32,000 nucleotides of DNA from an uncultured Clostridia bacterium (lineage in GTDB: Bacteria; Bacillota; Clostridia; Oscillospirales; Ruminococcaceae): positions 1-32,000 of the forward strand of contig CAMVGH010000005.1 in the NCBI GenBank assembly GCA_947166945.1, in the 5' to 3' direction. Positions 30,651-32,000 of the stretch are shown piece after piece. A model generated the notes under the pieces. It searched no databases. It had not been told where the DNA came from and worked only from the letters and a program-made list of their open reading frames with translations. Made by a program: the position numbers and the translations under genes. Positions within the stretch are counted from its first letter, which is position 1. The number at the start of each line of letters is the position of its first letter.

Positions 30651-31424
30651 ATGAAAAAGAACATAACTGCGATACTGCTCGGACTTATCGTCCCTGCTGT
30701 CATCATAGCTCTCTGGTGGTATGTGACGGAATTCACAGCCATACCGCAGACGATACTCCCGAAAATAAGCTCGGTAGCAGAACGCATAGGTGTGATGTGG
30801 GAAAAGGGACAGATACAGAGCGATCTTCAGATAAGCCTGACGCGTGTTCTTCAAGGTTATCTCGTTTCAGCCGTGCTTGGCGTGACACTGGGAACTGTCA
30901 TGGGAATGTCGCAGACTGCAAAGAAGATGCTTCAGCCTGTACTTACAGTTGTAAGACAGATACCGATAATCGCGTGGATACCGCTTCTGATACTATGGTT
31001 CGGCATCGGCGAGAGCTCAAAGACAGTAGTTATTGTAATAGCATCGTTCTTTCCGATAATGATAAATACACAGGCGGGAATAAGCGGCACGCCGCTCGAA
31101 TATGTCGAAGTCGCAAAACTGTACAGACTTGGTGCGCTCCGTACTTTCTTCCGGGTCTATCTGCCTCACGCGCTTCCGCATATTCAGACAGGACTCAAAC
31201 TCGGTCTCGGCGTGTCATGGATGGCTGTAGTCGCGGCTGAACTCATAGCATCGACGTCGGGTATAGGTTACAGTATGAGCTATGCGCGCACCCTGATGCA
31301 GTCGGACGTTGTAATAATATGTATGCTCCTCATCGGCATTGTCGGTATCATTATGGACAAGGCAGTTTCCTTGATCTTTGACGCGCTTACGCCGTGGGAG
31401 AAAAAAAGAAGGGAGAGGGGTTAA
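30651..31424 (+). CDS. ABC transporter permease, NitT/TauT (sulfonate/nitrate/taurine) family
   Basis: 257-aa ORF with 6 predicted TM helices. The conserved loop ...EYVEVAKLYRLGALRTFFRVYLPHALPHI and overall pattern are typical of SsuC/TauC-like permeases. Confidence 0.85.
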   Translation: MKKNITAILLGLIVPAVIIALWWYVTEFTAIPQTILPKISSVAERIGVMWEKGQIQSDLQISLTRVLQGYLVSAVLGVTLGTVMGMSQTAKKMLQPVLTVVRQIPIIAWIPLLILWFGIGESSKTVVIVIASFFPIMINTQAGISGTPLEYVEVAKLYRLGALRTFFRVYLPHALPHIQTGLKLGLGVSWMAVVAAELIASTSGIGYSMSYARTLMQSDVVIICMLLIGIVGIIMDKAVSLIFDALTPWEKKRRERG

Positions 31425-32000
31425 GTGGCTGCGGAAGAAAAACCTATCCTTGAGATAAAACATCTCAACAAGACGTTCAATATTGACGGGAAGCAGGTCG
31501 AGATACTGAAGAACATAAATATTGACATAAAGCGGGGCGAGTTCATTACAATAGTCGGACACAGCGGATGCGGCAAATCAACGCTCCTGAAAATAATCGC
31601 AGGACTTGTGAATTACAGTGACGGCGAGGTCATCAGAAACGGCAGACCCGTAAAAGGACCGGACACGGACTGCGGAATGGTATTCCAGGAGCACAGGCTC
31701 CTGCCGTGGCTGAAAATAAAGGACAACATCGGATTCGGACTTGATCGCAGGAACAGGAAAAACTGGGAAGAAAGAGTACAAAGACAGATCGAACTTGTAA
31801 GACTCGGCGGATTTGAGAACGCCTATCCTTCACAGCTTTCCGGCGGCATGAGCCAGAGAGCCGCTATTGCGAGAGGTCTCGCCGCCGATCCGGATATCCT
31901 GCTGCTCGATGAGCCTCTCGGTGCTCTTGACGCTCTTACGAGAGTGCAGATGCAGAAGGAGATACTCCGTATCTGGCACGATAAGGGAACCACCATGATA
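31425..32000 (+). CDS. ABC transporter ATP-binding protein, NitT/TauT family (3' end outside window)
   Basis: GTG start at 31425, directly after the permease TAA, with RBS GGGAGAGGGG. Walker A GHSGCGKST, Q-loop VFQEHRLLPW, signature LSGGMSQR, Walker B LLLDEPLGALD. Open to the window end. Confidence 0.85.
   Translation, partial: MAAEEKPILEIKHLNKTFNIDGKQVEILKNINIDIKRGEFITIVGHSGCGKSTLLKIIAGLVNYSDGEVIRNGRPVKGPDTDCGMVFQEHRLLPWLKIKDNIGFGLDRRNRKNWEERVQRQIELVRLGGFENAYPSQLSGGMSQRAAIARGLAADPDILLLDEPLGALDALTRVQMQKEILRIWHDKGTTMI

Noticed and set aside
1-32000. A scan for CRISPR arrays, tRNA/rRNA genes, transposases, integrases and recognisable defence-system genes.
   Set aside because: No spaced direct repeats, cloverleaf-compatible segments, rRNA-like conserved blocks, or DDE / tyrosine / serine recombinase motifs were found by eye on either strand.

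Overview
This window looks like chromosome from a Firmicutes/Clostridia-type genome: GGAGG-type RBSs, TTGACA-N17-TATAAT promoters, many ATGA/TAATG-coupled gene junctions, and TGA, TAA and TAG all used as stops. I support about 30 protein genes and saw no rRNA, tRNA or CRISPR array. The window falls into seven blocks. (i) 1-6000: the 5' end of an ABC exporter gene, a ketopantoate-reductase-family gene, a ~1.1 kb prophage scar (MuF-type head-morphogenesis fragment plus tiny coupled ORFs), and a 1012-aa single-chain amino-acid-type ABC importer (binding domains + permease + ATPase + an extra C-terminal domain). (ii) 6000-9160: a decayed Crp/Fnr remnant, a MarR regulator, an acidic DxDxDG-repeat protein, a DUF1269-like glycine-zipper membrane protein, and a flavodoxin preceded by a Cys-rich mini membrane protein. 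(iii) 9163-13452: one minus-strand operon, glycolipid glycosyltransferase - DegV/FakB - DAK2/FakA - PlsY (exogenous fatty acid to phospholipid route). (iv) 13.5-18.3 kb: a zinc-ribbon membrane protein plus a membrane J-domain protein, a 450-bp hairpin-rich non-coding stretch, an OmpR-type response regulator with a HAMP histidine kinase, and a patch of gene remnants. Two copies of a ~100-bp palindromic divergent-promoter module sit at 13.5 and 15.2 kb. (v) 18.3-20.4 kb: a HAD hydrolase and a mobile-element-like remnant. (vi) 20473-30299 is the most unusual locus. It encodes a TetR regulator, a REC-GGDEF-(degenerate GGDEF-like)-REC-HD-GYP protein, a polytopic hybrid histidine kinase, and a 1556-aa hybrid kinase. 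That kinase begins with a complete DegV (fatty-acid-binding) domain, followed by two TM-flanked dCache modules, HisKA/HATPase, REC and HPt. (vii) 30.5-32 kb: a NitT/TauT-type ABC permease and ATPase, the latter cut by the window end. All domain calls come from motif recognition by eye; no database search was possible.
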